Positions 46,200-57,000 of a stretch of 57,194 bases of DNA are shown here, piece by piece. Under the pieces are notes generated by a model, which searched no databases, had not been told where the DNA came from, and saw only the letters and a program-made list of their open reading frames with translations. Positions within the stretch are counted from its first letter, which is position 1. Every line of letters starts with the position of its first letter. The stretch is from a virus (lineage: Duplodnaviria; Caudoviricetes). The stretch covers positions 1 to 57,194 of IMG/VR virus record IMGVR_UViG_3300011116_000623, one strand, 5' to 3'. The position numbers and the translations under genes are program-made.

Positions 46200-47534
46200 A
46201 TGAATATTGAAAAATCCAATTGGTCGTCTAATGGCGATAACATTGTTTTATCTGTTCCATTCACAAAAGTTAATCGTGAAAAGAGAACGGTATCTGGATT
46301 TGCAACACTAGATAATCTAGATCAAACTGGCGATGTAGTAACAGCAGAAGCAAGCCTAAAAGCATTTGAAAGCTTTAGAGGTAATCTTCGTGAGATGCAT
46401 CAACCAATGGCGGTTGGTAAAGTTGTTTCATTTAAACCAGAAACATACTATGATCCAAAATCAAAAGAATTTTTTAACGGAGTATATGTAGATGCATATA
46501 TCTCAAAGGGTGCCCAGGATACTTGGGAAAAAGTTCTAGACGGAACTTTAGCAGGATTTTCAATTGGCGGAAAAATCAAAGAGTCTGATAATGAAGTAAA
46601 TAAAGCAACAGGACAGACCGTTAGATTTATTAAAGATTATGATCTTATGGAGTTATCAATTGTAGATTCTCCAGCGAATGAATTATGTAACATTCTTTCT
46701 ATTCAGAAAGTAAATGGACAATTAGTATTTAAAGGTATGGCCGCAGAGGTCGTAACCGAAAACATTTTTTATTGTGAAGAGAGTGATTCTGTATTTATCT
46801 CAACAGATAAAACATATGAATCACCAGTGTCTGGTAAGCCAGCAGAGTTAATTGGTTGGGTTGAAAGCTCAGACGTTAACAAATCAAAAGAGATCGATAG
46901 AATTCTTGCTTCATTTAAGAAGACAAGATTACCGTTGCCTGCAATACAAACAATTGCAAAACAGGCAAACGCAGAAGGAGGTAATGAAGTGTCAGAAAAC
47001 ACAGAAAACGTAGTTGTGGAAGATGCAGTTGCAGAAGCAGCAGCACCAGAAGCAGCCGTAGAAACTCCAGCAGTTGCAGAAGATGCAGCAGTTGAGAACG
47101 CACCTGTAGAGAATACAGATGCAGACGCTTCTGCCGAGACTCTGGAAAAGGCAGCCGACGTATCAGAAGTTGAGGTTGATGAACCTGATTTTGCAAAGAT
47201 GCTAGGTGACCTAAAAGGCTTTTTCTCAGAAACTTTAAATAAAGCTTCAGAGATTAACGCAGCTCAGGTTTCAACAATTAAAGAAACAGTAGAAACATTC
47301 AGCAAGAGCGTTGACAGCCGAATTTCAGAATTGGCAGAACAACACACGGCATTAAGCAATGCTGTAACAGAAATACGCAACACCATTAATGGTGTAGAAA
47401 AGCGTGTTGATGCAGTAGAAAATGAGACTGCAATTAAGAAGTCCTCAGACCTTGGCGGGTCTCAGGAAGTAACAATTAAAAAATCTAAATGGAACGGTTC
47501 TTTCCTCGGTTCCGTACAGGAAATTTTCAATTAA
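46200..47534 (+). CDS. HK97-type prohead protease fused to acidic/coiled-coil scaffold
   Basis: R.VSGFAT.D..D..GD, REMH, GFSIGG, ELSIVD.PAN and an Ala/Glu-rich tail. Confidence 0.85.
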   Translation: MNIEKSNWSSNGDNIVLSVPFTKVNREKRTVSGFATLDNLDQTGDVVTAEASLKAFESFRGNLREMHQPMAVGKVVSFKPETYYDPKSKEFFNGVYVDAYISKGAQDTWEKVLDGTLAGFSIGGKIKESDNEVNKATGQTVRFIKDYDLMELSIVDSPANELCNILSIQKVNGQLVFKGMAAEVVTENIFYCEESDSVFISTDKTYESPVSGKPAELIGWVESSDVNKSKEIDRILASFKKTRLPLPAIQTIAKQANAEGGNEVSENTENVVVEDAVAEAAAPEAAVETPAVAEDAAVENAPVENTDADASAETLEKAADVSEVEVDEPDFAKMLGDLKGFFSETLNKASEINAAQVSTIKETVETFSKSVDSRISELAEQHTALSNAVTEIRNTINGVEKRVDAVENETAIKKSSDLGGSQEVTIKKSKWNGSFLGSVQEIFN

Positions 47535-47553
47535 AAAAAAGGTAGGTAAAATA

Positions 47554-48606
47554 ATGAGTAATGAAACATTAGAAAAGTCAGTAGCCGCTAATACTCACGT
47601 AACCGCTAATATGACTGGGTCTGCAGTAGCAAACACAGGCGTACACATCGGTTCCGAGGGTGAGGGTGGATTACTTAACCCAGAACAATCAGCTCGTTTT
47701 CTAGACTACATGTTCGATGCAACCGTAATTGGTAAAGTCGCACGTACAGTTAGAATGAAGTCTGATACAACTGAAATTGATCGTATGTCCGTAGGCGAGA
47801 AGCTTATGAAACTTGCGACAGAAGCAGATGACACTTCAGCAAACGCTGCAGTATCATTCTCAAAGATTTCTTTGACAACAAAGAAATTACGCCTAGATTG
47901 GGAACTATCAACAGAGTCTCTAGAAGACAACATTGAGGGTCCAGATCTAGAAGACCATATTGCACGTATGATGGCAACACAAGCAGGAAATGATATTGAA
48001 GATGTAGTTCTTAACGGAAATACAGCTCTAACATCAGATGCTTTGTATAAGTCATTTGACGGTGTAGTAAAGAAAGCAAAGGCAAACGGACGTGTTGTAG
48101 ATGCTGGTGGAGCTGGAGTAAGCCGTGCTGTATTTAACAGCGCCCTTAAAGCACTTCCACGTAAGTACAAGCAACGTCGTTCAGACCTTCGCTTCTTGGC
48201 AGGTTCAAACCTAATCCAAGACTTCCTATATGCTAATAGCATCGGAACAAACCAAACAATTCCACAAGATATTGCTTCAAGCATTATCCGTGGACAAGAG
48301 GTACAACCTCTAGGTGGTCCAGCAGGATATGTTGCACCATTTGCATTTGGTATTCCAATCGTTGAAGTTCCACTTCTTCCAGAAGCACAGAATGGCGATT
48401 ACTCAGGACAGACAGGAAACCACGGAGACATCCACTTGACATTCCCAAATAACGTAGTTATTGGAATCAAGCGTGATGTAACTGTTTACCGTTTCTTCTG
48501 GCCACGTAAGGACTCTATTGAGTACACAATGTATACTCGTGTTGGTGTTCAAATCGAGCAGGCAGATGCCTGGGTCGTAGTCAAGAATGTAAAAGTGGCC
48601 AGCTAA
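47554..48606 (+). CDS. major capsid protein (HK97 fold)
   Basis: GGLLNPEQ..RF, LEDNIEG, D.E...LNG..., FDG and LP.KY. Position after the protease. Confidence 0.88.
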   Translation: MSNETLEKSVAANTHVTANMTGSAVANTGVHIGSEGEGGLLNPEQSARFLDYMFDATVIGKVARTVRMKSDTTEIDRMSVGEKLMKLATEADDTSANAAVSFSKISLTTKKLRLDWELSTESLEDNIEGPDLEDHIARMMATQAGNDIEDVVLNGNTALTSDALYKSFDGVVKKAKANGRVVDAGGAGVSRAVFNSALKALPRKYKQRRSDLRFLAGSNLIQDFLYANSIGTNQTIPQDIASSIIRGQEVQPLGGPAGYVAPFAFGIPIVEVPLLPEAQNGDYSGQTGNHGDIHLTFPNNVVIGIKRDVTVYRFFWPRKDSIEYTMYTRVGVQIEQADAWVVVKNVKVAS

Positions 48607-48675
48607 TACATAGCAATCCGCTTTATGATATAATGGGTCTAGGAAACTAGGCCCATTAATCATTTAGGAGTAAAC

Positions 48676-49275
48676 TTGGAAAAGTATAAATTAAGATCAC
48701 GTTGGGTAAAAATGTTGTCACGTTGTGAAGATCCAGATTATCCACAATATAAAGATTATGGCGGTAGAGGAATTAAAGTATGTAAAGATTGGCATGACTT
48801 TAATAAATTTTATATGTGGTGTATAAAAAATGGAGTTAAACCAGATTTATTTATTGACAGAATAAATAACGATGGAGACTATAGTCCATCTAATTGTAGA
48901 TTTGTTACTAGAAAAGAAAATAATAATAATAAATCAAATAATACATGGGTATTTGCATTTAATGAAAATAAAACTTTAAGTCAATGGATAGATGATAAAA
49001 GATGTTATGTTAAAAAAGGAACCCTTCAAAGAAGGCTCCGTCTTGGCTGGGACCCAGAAGAAGCAATATCAGCCAAGCCTCTTTCTAAACGCCATTATAA
49101 GCCTAAAAAAGGAATAAAAAAATACAAGGCATTTGGTGAAAGCAAAACCTTATTTCAATGGGCTCAGGATGAAAGATGTAAGCCTTCATATAAGATGTTA
49201 TGGCAAAGAGTAGAGATCCATGGGTGGGATATAAAAAAAGCTATTATTAAGGCCCCGAAAGAGCTTTCCAAATAA
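48676..49275 (+). CDS. free-standing HNH homing-endonuclease-like protein
   Basis: M..RC...Y..YGGRGI.VC..W..F and IDRI.NDG.Y.P.NCRF...N..N. Duplicated C-terminal AF.E.KTL.QW..D.RC module. Confidence 0.8.
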   Translation: MEKYKLRSRWVKMLSRCEDPDYPQYKDYGGRGIKVCKDWHDFNKFYMWCIKNGVKPDLFIDRINNDGDYSPSNCRFVTRKENNNNKSNNTWVFAFNENKTLSQWIDDKRCYVKKGTLQRRLRLGWDPEEAISAKPLSKRHYKPKKGIKKYKAFGESKTLFQWAQDERCKPSYKMLWQRVEIHGWDIKKAIIKAPKELSK

Positions 49276-49319
49276 TAGTCTTAATGCTATAATTAAATAA
49301 CTTAGACTAAGGAGAATGT

Positions 49320-49718
49320 ATGTCATTTGACACATTAAAGATATCAGAGTTAAAGAAGATCGCTGAAGATTTCGGCGTAAGCACAGATCAATTAAAAAAT
49401 AAGAATGATGTAATTGCCGCTCTAACAGAAGAAGGCGTGACATGGGCAGTATATCAAAAGACAGTTAAAGATATTGAAGATAATTTAGAAGAGGCCCCAG
49501 AGCCACAAGCTAAGTTTGATCCAAAGAAAGAAATTTCAGAGGATAGTGTTTTGGTAAGAATGACCAGAGCAAATTTCAGATACGATATTTTAGGTTTTAC
49601 TTTTACAAAAGAGCACCCATTTGTCGCAATGAAAAAAGATCAAGCGCAAGCAATTTTTGACAAGGAGGAAGGTTTTAGATTAGCTAACCCAAAGGAAGTA
49701 CAAGAGTTTTATAGCTAA
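49320..49718 (+). CDS. protein with N-terminal Rho-N/HeH-like helical domain
   Basis: LKISELKKIAEDFGV......K.D.I.AL. Confidence 0.55.
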   Translation: MSFDTLKISELKKIAEDFGVSTDQLKNKNDVIAALTEEGVTWAVYQKTVKDIEDNLEEAPEPQAKFDPKKEISEDSVLVRMTRANFRYDILGFTFTKEHPFVAMKKDQAQAIFDKEEGFRLANPKEVQEFYS

Positions 49719-49731
49719 TTAAAATCTCATA

Positions 49732-50718
49732 ATGGCAGAGATTTATGTAAATAGTAATTCCCCAATTAAAACAAAGATTTATTGGGCTGGAGAGTTAACA
49801 GTACCAGACGGCAATGTAACAGCAACACTATATGATGTTACAGAAGACCCAGCTATTGATCCAGCCATAAATCCAGCAACACCTATAACAACACTTACAG
49901 CAAGTGCAGTTGAAACAGATATAGGAACTTATCAAATAGTCCTTCCATTTTCTTATTCAGTAAGAAATAGAAAATTTAAAATAGTTTGGTCTTATGTTGT
50001 TAGTGGATCTAATGGTACACACACCACTTATACAGAAGTAGTAACTCCTTATGCCAATATAATTGAGGCTATAGAAGATTTACAACTAGGCTCAGATCCA
50101 AGTGATCCTAATTATAAAACATATCATGAGTTACAAATGGCAGAAAAATATGCCAGAAAGATAATTGAAAATTATTGTAATCAATCATTTTATTTATATA
50201 ATGATGTACAAATAGCCTACGGCTCTGGATCAGATATACTTCCATTACCATTTAAGCTAAATACATTACATGAGTTATATGGAAATGATATATTATTAGT
50301 AGATAATATTAATGAAGTAAATAACTGGATGTTTGAGCCATTGATTTCAGAAACTGGATTCGGTTTAAGAGTAGACAGAACATCTTCAATAGATAATACA
50401 GTTTATGTGGCTAACGGAATAATTCCTCCAACTATTAATGATACAGGTGGATTCGGAGCTTTTGGAAAAGATGTTAGATATAGAGTACAAGGCGTATTTG
50501 GCTGGGACACAGTGCCAGATAATGTTGAGCAAGCATGTATTCAGCTAATGGGAGACTACTTTGCTAAAGATAAGGTTTGGTCAAATAAGTATGTAAAGAA
50601 TATTCAAACATTTGACTGGCAATTTGAGTATAGCTCAGACGCTTATCGTGGTACTGGTAATGCCTATGCGGATCAATTATTAAATGCATATGTCGTGAAC
50701 GGAATGGTTGTTATTTAA
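49732..50718 (+). CDS. head-tail connector/adaptor
   Basis: A...IENYCNQ.F, G.G...L.LP, FGW..VP..V.QA and TGN..AD.LL..Y. Gene position fits. Confidence 0.65.
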   Translation: MAEIYVNSNSPIKTKIYWAGELTVPDGNVTATLYDVTEDPAIDPAINPATPITTLTASAVETDIGTYQIVLPFSYSVRNRKFKIVWSYVVSGSNGTHTTYTEVVTPYANIIEAIEDLQLGSDPSDPNYKTYHELQMAEKYARKIIENYCNQSFYLYNDVQIAYGSGSDILPLPFKLNTLHELYGNDILLVDNINEVNNWMFEPLISETGFGLRVDRTSSIDNTVYVANGIIPPTINDTGGFGAFGKDVRYRVQGVFGWDTVPDNVEQACIQLMGDYFAKDKVWSNKYVKNIQTFDWQFEYSSDAYRGTGNAYADQLLNAYVVNGMVVI

Positions 50719-51146
50719 TGCTAGATCTAGTTCAGTCTGTCTTGTTGATGAAACTAGATGTTTACAAGCAAATAGATACACAGAATCCAGACACAGGGGC
50801 CATAATTAAAGAATGGCAATTCTATAAAACTTTAGATTGCCACGCAAAAGGCGTCATAAGTAATTCTGCCACAACAAGAAGTAGCGATAAACAAATATTT
50901 AATAATAAATATATTAATGATCAAATCATTCAAGTTAGAACTGAAGACAGACTAACAAGCAGAGAAAAAGTAACTAATATTAGAGATATGCAAGGAAACT
51001 ATATTTGGGTTGAATTAGATTTTCCAACCGATACCCCAACCGTATTTGAGGTTATGGGTACTACCCCAATAACAGATCCTTTTGGCAGGGTCATAGGATA
51101 TAACTCTTCAATGAAGAGATCGGAGAATCAACAAATTGGATTCTAG
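50718..51146 (+). CDS. putative head-closure protein
   Basis: Size and position in the neck module. Confidence 0.5.
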   Translation: MLDLVQSVLLMKLDVYKQIDTQNPDTGAIIKEWQFYKTLDCHAKGVISNSATTRSSDKQIFNNKYINDQIIQVRTEDRLTSREKVTNIRDMQGNYIWVELDFPTDTPTVFEVMGTTPITDPFGRVIGYNSSMKRSENQQIGF

Positions 51147-51924
51147 CGCTATGTTAATTACCACAGCCTCTGGCCTAGAAAGATTAATGGTCGGTGGACC
51201 TAAAGATGCTATTTTAAGAGATAGCAATGTAGCACAAATATCTGCTGCCTTATACTACCAATCTAATGTTGTAGCTAAATTAACTACAAGTACAGCATTT
51301 AAAAATAAATTTAAGAAGACACTGTATACTCAGATAAATAAAGACTTTGGAGAGTATATGGATGCTCAAGCTAGAATAAAACCAAGATCCTTGCACCATG
51401 TGTATGAGTGGAAAAAGGCTGGTAACGCCCAGTCTAGATTATTTAAATTAAATATGATTGATACTCCTGGAATTTCATTTAAGGTAGATTTTGAATTTAA
51501 GCCTTCTAAAAGTCCCGTTCCAGCTAAAAAAAGTAGACGTAGACATGTATTTATAAATAAAGCGTCTGTGATGGAGGCTGGAATGCCTCTAATAATTGCT
51601 CCAAGGGCCGCAGAGCGTCTAGTATTCGAAACTGATACTGGAACAGTCTTTATGCCAAAAGGGGCCTCAGTGACCGTTAAAAGGCCTGGAGGAAGCGGAG
51701 TTAAAAATCAATTTACATTATATTATAGTCGATGGTTTAGCGGAGACCTAGTAAATCAATCAATTAAGAGATCTGGATTTCAACAGATATTTAATCTAGC
51801 AATGTCTAAGTCCCTTAAATTGCCTTCAGTTATTAAAAGGGTACAATATTCTTTCTCGCCAAATTCAATTAAACAGATGGCTGATTCTTCCGTAGAAGCA
51901 GCATTTGGAGGGTCAATGATATGA
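51136..51924 (+). CDS. putative neck / tail-completion protein
   Basis: Position. LHHVYEW and KA.VME.G motifs. Confidence 0.45.
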   Translation: MDSSAMLITTASGLERLMVGGPKDAILRDSNVAQISAALYYQSNVVAKLTTSTAFKNKFKKTLYTQINKDFGEYMDAQARIKPRSLHHVYEWKKAGNAQSRLFKLNMIDTPGISFKVDFEFKPSKSPVPAKKSRRRHVFINKASVMEAGMPLIIAPRAAERLVFETDTGTVFMPKGASVTVKRPGGSGVKNQFTLYYSRWFSGDLVNQSIKRSGFQQIFNLAMSKSLKLPSVIKRVQYSFSPNSIKQMADSSVEAAFGGSMI

Positions 51925-52433
51925 CAGCTAATTATAAATTAGACGCAATGCTAGAACTAAGAAAATTCCTATGGAATAAATTAGTAGCAGCAAGCATATT
52001 TGATGATACTGAATACTATAGTGATAATCTAGGAGAGTCTTTAGTTCCTATTATTCCAGTCCAGCAATCAGCAGAGATGAATCAATTTTTGAGCGGGAAG
52101 AAACATATAGTCTACGATAAGATAGGTTTATCCTATGAAGACAATTGGCTTATATGCTGTGAGCAAATCCTATTTACCATATATTCAACAGACGTCTCTG
52201 AGATTAATGAGATCAGAAACTTTATGACAGATGAGTTTAGACGCATGGACGACTCTGCCAAGGATGTAAATAAATTCCCTACCTTATCAAACAAATTTAA
52301 ATTTCATAGCATATTTGTAGCGGATATATCCCCAACAGCTCCATCAGAGGAATTACAGGGTTTTCTATCGGCAGACGTAATACTTGAGATCAAATATTCT
52401 AGAATAACAGACCTAGTAGGCCGCTTCTCATAA
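51921..52433 (+). CDS. putative tail terminator
   Basis: 170-aa acidic ORF immediately before the major tail gene. Confidence 0.5.
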   Translation: MTANYKLDAMLELRKFLWNKLVAASIFDDTEYYSDNLGESLVPIIPVQQSAEMNQFLSGKKHIVYDKIGLSYEDNWLICCEQILFTIYSTDVSEINEIRNFMTDEFRRMDDSAKDVNKFPTLSNKFKFHSIFVADISPTAPSEELQGFLSADVILEIKYSRITDLVGRFS

Positions 52434-52543
52434 TTTGCCTTATGGCTTAAAATGGCCTAAAATTGGTCTTGAGGAAAGAAAAGCCTAGCCAGCTTAGATT
52501 TTTTAAATATATATATATATTTAACACAGGAGGAAAATAAACT

Positions 52544-53251
52544 ATGGCACAATCCGTAGGTAATGCTAAAAACATTCTCGTTGGTGCATCTCCATTGTTT
52601 TTGTCAACTATTGACGTAAACGATGCAGATTACATCGCTAACGCAGAACCAGGTGTAGCAATTGCTGCAGGTTCAGGTACAGTTGGAGTTCCAGCTTTCG
52701 TATCACAAGAATCATACACAACTACACTTAATGGTGTAAACCAAACATCAGGATTATTTGGATATCGTAACGTTGGTTTTACTAACAATTGTCTTCAAAT
52801 TACATACAAACCAACATATGATTCAGTAACAGTCGATCAGTTGCTTGATACAGCTAAGCTGTTTAAGTCTGCGATGGAGGTTATGATTGCAACAGAAATG
52901 TCAGAAGGTACTCTCGAGAATAGCGTAGCAGTATTCGGACAAAATGCATCATCTCTATCAACCACAGGAACTGGACTAACTAAGAAAGACACTCTAGGTC
53001 TTGAGGCAGGTTCCCTAGGAGCCGCTCCAACAGAGCGTCAATTGATTGCAGTTGGACACGCTCCAACATCAGCAAACACAGCAACTGAGCGTGTATACTA
53101 TGCACGTCGAGTATTGTCTGTACAACAGTCACAATTCTCACTTGCTCGTACTACTCCAACCACATTCCCAGTAACCTTCCGTCTTCTACCAGATGCTAAC
53201 TATTCTGGCTCAGAATACGGCAAGATTATTGACCGTGTACTAGTAGCATAA
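52544..53251 (+). CDS. major tail (tube) protein
   Basis: Strong AGGAGG SD. NI.VGA, VG.T, V.VDQL.D and FPV.FRLLPD motifs. Followed by a terminator, chaperones and tape measure. Confidence 0.75.
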   Translation: MAQSVGNAKNILVGASPLFLSTIDVNDADYIANAEPGVAIAAGSGTVGVPAFVSQESYTTTLNGVNQTSGLFGYRNVGFTNNCLQITYKPTYDSVTVDQLLDTAKLFKSAMEVMIATEMSEGTLENSVAVFGQNASSLSTTGTGLTKKDTLGLEAGSLGAAPTERQLIAVGHAPTSANTATERVYYARRVLSVQQSQFSLARTTPTTFPVTFRLLPDANYSGSEYGKIIDRVLVA

Positions 53252-53273
53252 TAAATTTAATTTATTAATAGAT

Positions 53274-53297
53274 ACCCCCAAGAAATTGGGGGTTTTC
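53274..53297 (+). terminator. intrinsic terminator
   Basis: ACCCCCAA-GAAA-TTGGGGGT followed by TTT. Confidence 0.8.
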
Positions 53298-53357
53298 TAT
53301 TTGTGTTAGTAATATCAATTTGTTATAATAATTAAGACTATCCAAGGAGGATATAAA

Positions 53358-53690
53358 TTGGCTACAACCATATACAATGTAGAAGAGATCGAGCTCCAAA
53401 ATGGGGCTAAGGTTAAACTAAAACCATTAACAATCAAAGAGCTAAGAAAGTTTATGGAGGCTATCCAAAAAACTTCTGAGTCTAAAACAGAGAATGAAAC
53501 ATTAACTATATTAATTGATGCCTGTGCAGTGGCATTAGAAAAACAATTACCAGATTTGGTAAAAGATCGAGATGCATTAGAAGATGCGTTGGACGTTCCC
53601 ACAATCAATCGTATACTTGAAGTATGCGGTGGGATTAAGATGGACGACCCAAACCTTCTAGCGGCAGCGGTTCTGGCTGGTCAGAACTAG
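53358..53690 (+). CDS. tail assembly chaperone (G-type)
   Basis: Lies between major tail and tape measure and contains slippery CCCAAAC. Confidence 0.75.
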   Translation: MATTIYNVEEIELQNGAKVKLKPLTIKELRKFMEAIQKTSESKTENETLTILIDACAVALEKQLPDLVKDRDALEDALDVPTINRILEVCGGIKMDDPNLLAAAVLAGQN

Positions 53691-54013
53691 ATTTAGCCGC
53701 TTTGCTAGGAGAGGTTTTTCTTTTAGGTAATTGGAAAAATTACGAAGAACTAGAAGATAGCCTTTCAATGCCAGAGTTAATACAAACTTTTAAGTCGATG
53801 CAGAAAACTGAAGAAGAGAAAAGAAAATTCTTAGCTATGCTTCAGGGCGTTAACTTAGATGAAGAAAAAACAGAAGGTCCAACCTTCGAAGATATCAGAA
53901 GAAAGGCTTTAGGTATAAATGCTAGTGGAGACGACGTACTTTCCCTACAAGGACCATTTGCCGCAGAGTCTGGATTTGGAATCAACGCAGGTTTAGGATA
54001 CTCTAAGGAGTAA
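53648..54013 (+). CDS. -1 frameshift extension (GT-type chaperone)
   Basis: C CCA AAC at 53648-53654 is in register. The -1 frame is open from 53639 and continues into track ORF 53702..54013. Confidence 0.75.
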   Translation, partial: PKPSSGSGSGWSELDLAALLGEVFLLGNWKNYEELEDSLSMPELIQTFKSMQKTEEEKRKFLAMLQGVNLDEEKTEGPTFEDIRRKALGINASGDDVLSLQGPFAAESGFGINAGLGYSKE

Positions 54014-54024
54014 TATAAATATAA

Positions 54025-57000
54025 ATGGCTGATGAAAATATAGTCACCAATATAGTCGCTAAATCCGACTTTTCAAATCTTATTTCTGATTTAAATAAGG
54101 TCTCTTTTTCATTAACCAAATTACAAGATCAATTAGTAGCAACCAACAAAACATTAGCTGCCCAGGTTTCAGTAATGAACCGTTCATTTGCGGATACATT
54201 AAGAAGCACTGGGCAGTATTCAACACACTTTGTTAGCCTTACGTCAGACGTAGATAAATTTGGATCTCAACTAGATAAAGGCCAGTTAAAATTAAGTAAA
54301 TTTTTTCAGGTCTATTCACAACATGCTAAAACAAGTGGCGGAATAATAAGAGATTTAGCAAGACAACAAGTACAGCTTCAACAAGCAATCCTTCAACCAC
54401 TAGGCAAAAATGCTGAAGGATTAATGCAATATAATGTTCATATTCCAAGAGGTTTAGATTTAGTTAAACATAAAACAGCTATAGCAAAACAAGAATTAAT
54501 GATTATGAACAAAGTTGTTCAAGAAGGCGCTAATCAATTAATTAACTGGGGTAAAAATACTCAATGGGCAGGACGTCAATTAACAGTAGGATTAACTGTA
54601 CCCCTTGCAGCATTTGGAAAAGCATCGGCAGATGCATTTAGACAAGCTGATGAACAACTTGTTCGTTTAACCAAAGTTTATGGTGGAGTAGCACAAACAA
54701 GTGCTAAAGAATTAGGAAAAGTTAGAGAAGATGTTTCTAAAACTGCAGCAGATCTAGCTAAGTCATATGGATCTGCATTTAAAGATACTTTAGCGCTAGC
54801 CGCCGATATTGCCGCAACTGGAAAACAAGGAAACGATTTACTAGGAGCAATTAAAGAAACTACAAGATTATCAGTGCTTGGTGAAGTAGACAGACAAGAT
54901 GCTATGAAAGCCACCCTGGCAATTCAAACTGCATTTAAACAAAATACAGAAGAACTATCAGATTCTATTAACTTTTTAAACGCAGTTGAAAACCAAACAT
55001 CAACAACTCTTAATGATTTAGTAGAAGCAATTCCAAAAGCAGGACCTATTATTAAAGGTCTTGGCGGAAGCGTACAAGATTTAGCATTATATTTAACTGC
55101 AATGAGAGAAGGTGGAATTAATGCTACAGAGGGAGCAAACGCTTTAAAGTCAGCCCTTGCTTCTTTAATTAATCCAACAAATGTTGCAGTAGCTAAATTT
55201 CAAACATTTGGAATAGACCTTCTTGGAATAGTTAATAGTAATGCAGGAAATGTAACTGGAACATTATTAGAATTACAGTCAGCTTTAGACAAGCTAGATC
55301 CACTTCAAAAACAACAGGCTATTGAACAATTATTTGGTAAATTTCAATTTTCTAGATTAAATGCTTTATTTGAGAATTTAGGTAGACAAGGCAGCCAAAC
55401 ATTACAAGTTTTAGATTTAATGAAAACAAGCTCAAAAGATTTAGGGGCATTGGCAGATCGAGAATTAGCACAAGTAACAGAGTCAGCTTCTGGTAAATAT
55501 CGTAGAGCCGTAGAAGGATTAAAAGCAGATTTGGCTGGCATAGGAGATCAATTCTTAAGAATTAATACTAGTTTAATTAACTTTGTTGACGGAATAATTA
55601 AGTTTGTTCAAAAGCTTCCTGATCCTATTAAACAGGCATTAGGCTTTATGGGAATGTTAACAGCAGCAGCTGGTCCATTGATTATGTTAACTGGTGTACT
55701 TGGTAACTTCTTTGGATATATTATTAAAGGCGCATATCATTTTAAATCATTATTTAAAGGTGGAGAAGGCTGGAAGTTATTAACACCAGAAATTCTTGCA
55801 GCACAAAAAGCTGGTAATTTAGTAGAACAAACATTTTATAGTGATGCTAAAGCTGCAGCAGTACTAAAACAAGCAATTGCTGGATTAACAGCAGAATTTA
55901 CTTTATTACAACAAAGAGCAGCATCGGCTGCAATGACAGTAAATCCTGGAATATCTACGGTTGCAGGATCAAATATTCTTGCAGGAAGAGTTGTAAATCC
56001 TATGAGTCCATATGTAGGAAAAGAAGGAACAAGAGCAGCTGGACATCATATTCCAAGATCTACAATGACTGAACAACAAAGACTTGCACAAACAATTCAT
56101 TCATTTACACCAGTACCAATTCCATTAAATCAAAAAATAGGAGTTGCTCCACAAATATTTACTGAAGGTGATCTTCCAAGAATTCCTGGGTTAACAACTT
56201 CAGGCGGAGTATCGACTGGTATTGTTGCTGGAGAGGCAGCAAAATGGCATTCTCTCATGGGTACATTATCAATGATGACAAAACGAGAAATTTCAGATTT
56301 AAAGAAAGAAATTGCTAGAACTGGAACATTTAGTACAGAAATAAATAGTACGTTTGGACAACTGCTTCCAGCAATGACAAAGTTAACAAGTAATGCAGCT
56401 GCAGAATCGGCATTAATTGTTCAACAATTGCAAGCAGGAAAAATTACTGTAGAATCTGCTCGTGCAAAAATTATTGCAATAAATGCACAACTAGAAGCTA
56501 TGATGGCTCAAACTACTACACAAGTGGCTACTAGTTTAGGTAGAACTGCAGACTTAACACAGGTACCTCTAATTAGCCAGCCAATTGTTAGCCCAACTGG
56601 TAAAGCAAATATTAAAGAAATTTTTAGGCCTAATAGACCATCTGCAAAAATTATTGATAAGATTGCAAGAGCATTAGGAGTTAGAACTTGGGGTGGAGGA
56701 TATTCTACAGAAACCACTATGCCAAAAAGATTCGCTTCAGGAGGAAGAGTATTTGGTGGTCCTAGATCAGATACAACAGACACACAATTTCAATATTTAC
56801 CAGAAGGCGCATTTGTATTAAATAGAAAAGCTTCAGATGCTTTACTAGGATTTAATCGTGGCGGAATGGTTCCAGCAATGGTAACCCCTGGAGAAATTTT
56901 AATTGAAAATCCTACTCAACAAGAAACTGCAATGCTCGAAGCGTATAATAATCAATTTGCTGTAGGCGGAAAGGTTGTTGGATCAAAGAATAACTATGGA

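Noticed and set aside
48607-49319. Group I intron interrupting the capsid gene
   Set aside because: The capsid ORF looks complete with its own stop, and the flanks (about 70 and 45 bp) are too short for an intron core.
15852-56783. Many 60-190 aa opposite-strand or out-of-frame ORFs inside nrdJ, fibre, capsid and tape measure genes (for example 47706..48284 and 33375..33803)
   Set aside because: These are shadow ORFs expected from the codon bias of the real genes. They have no recognisable motifs.
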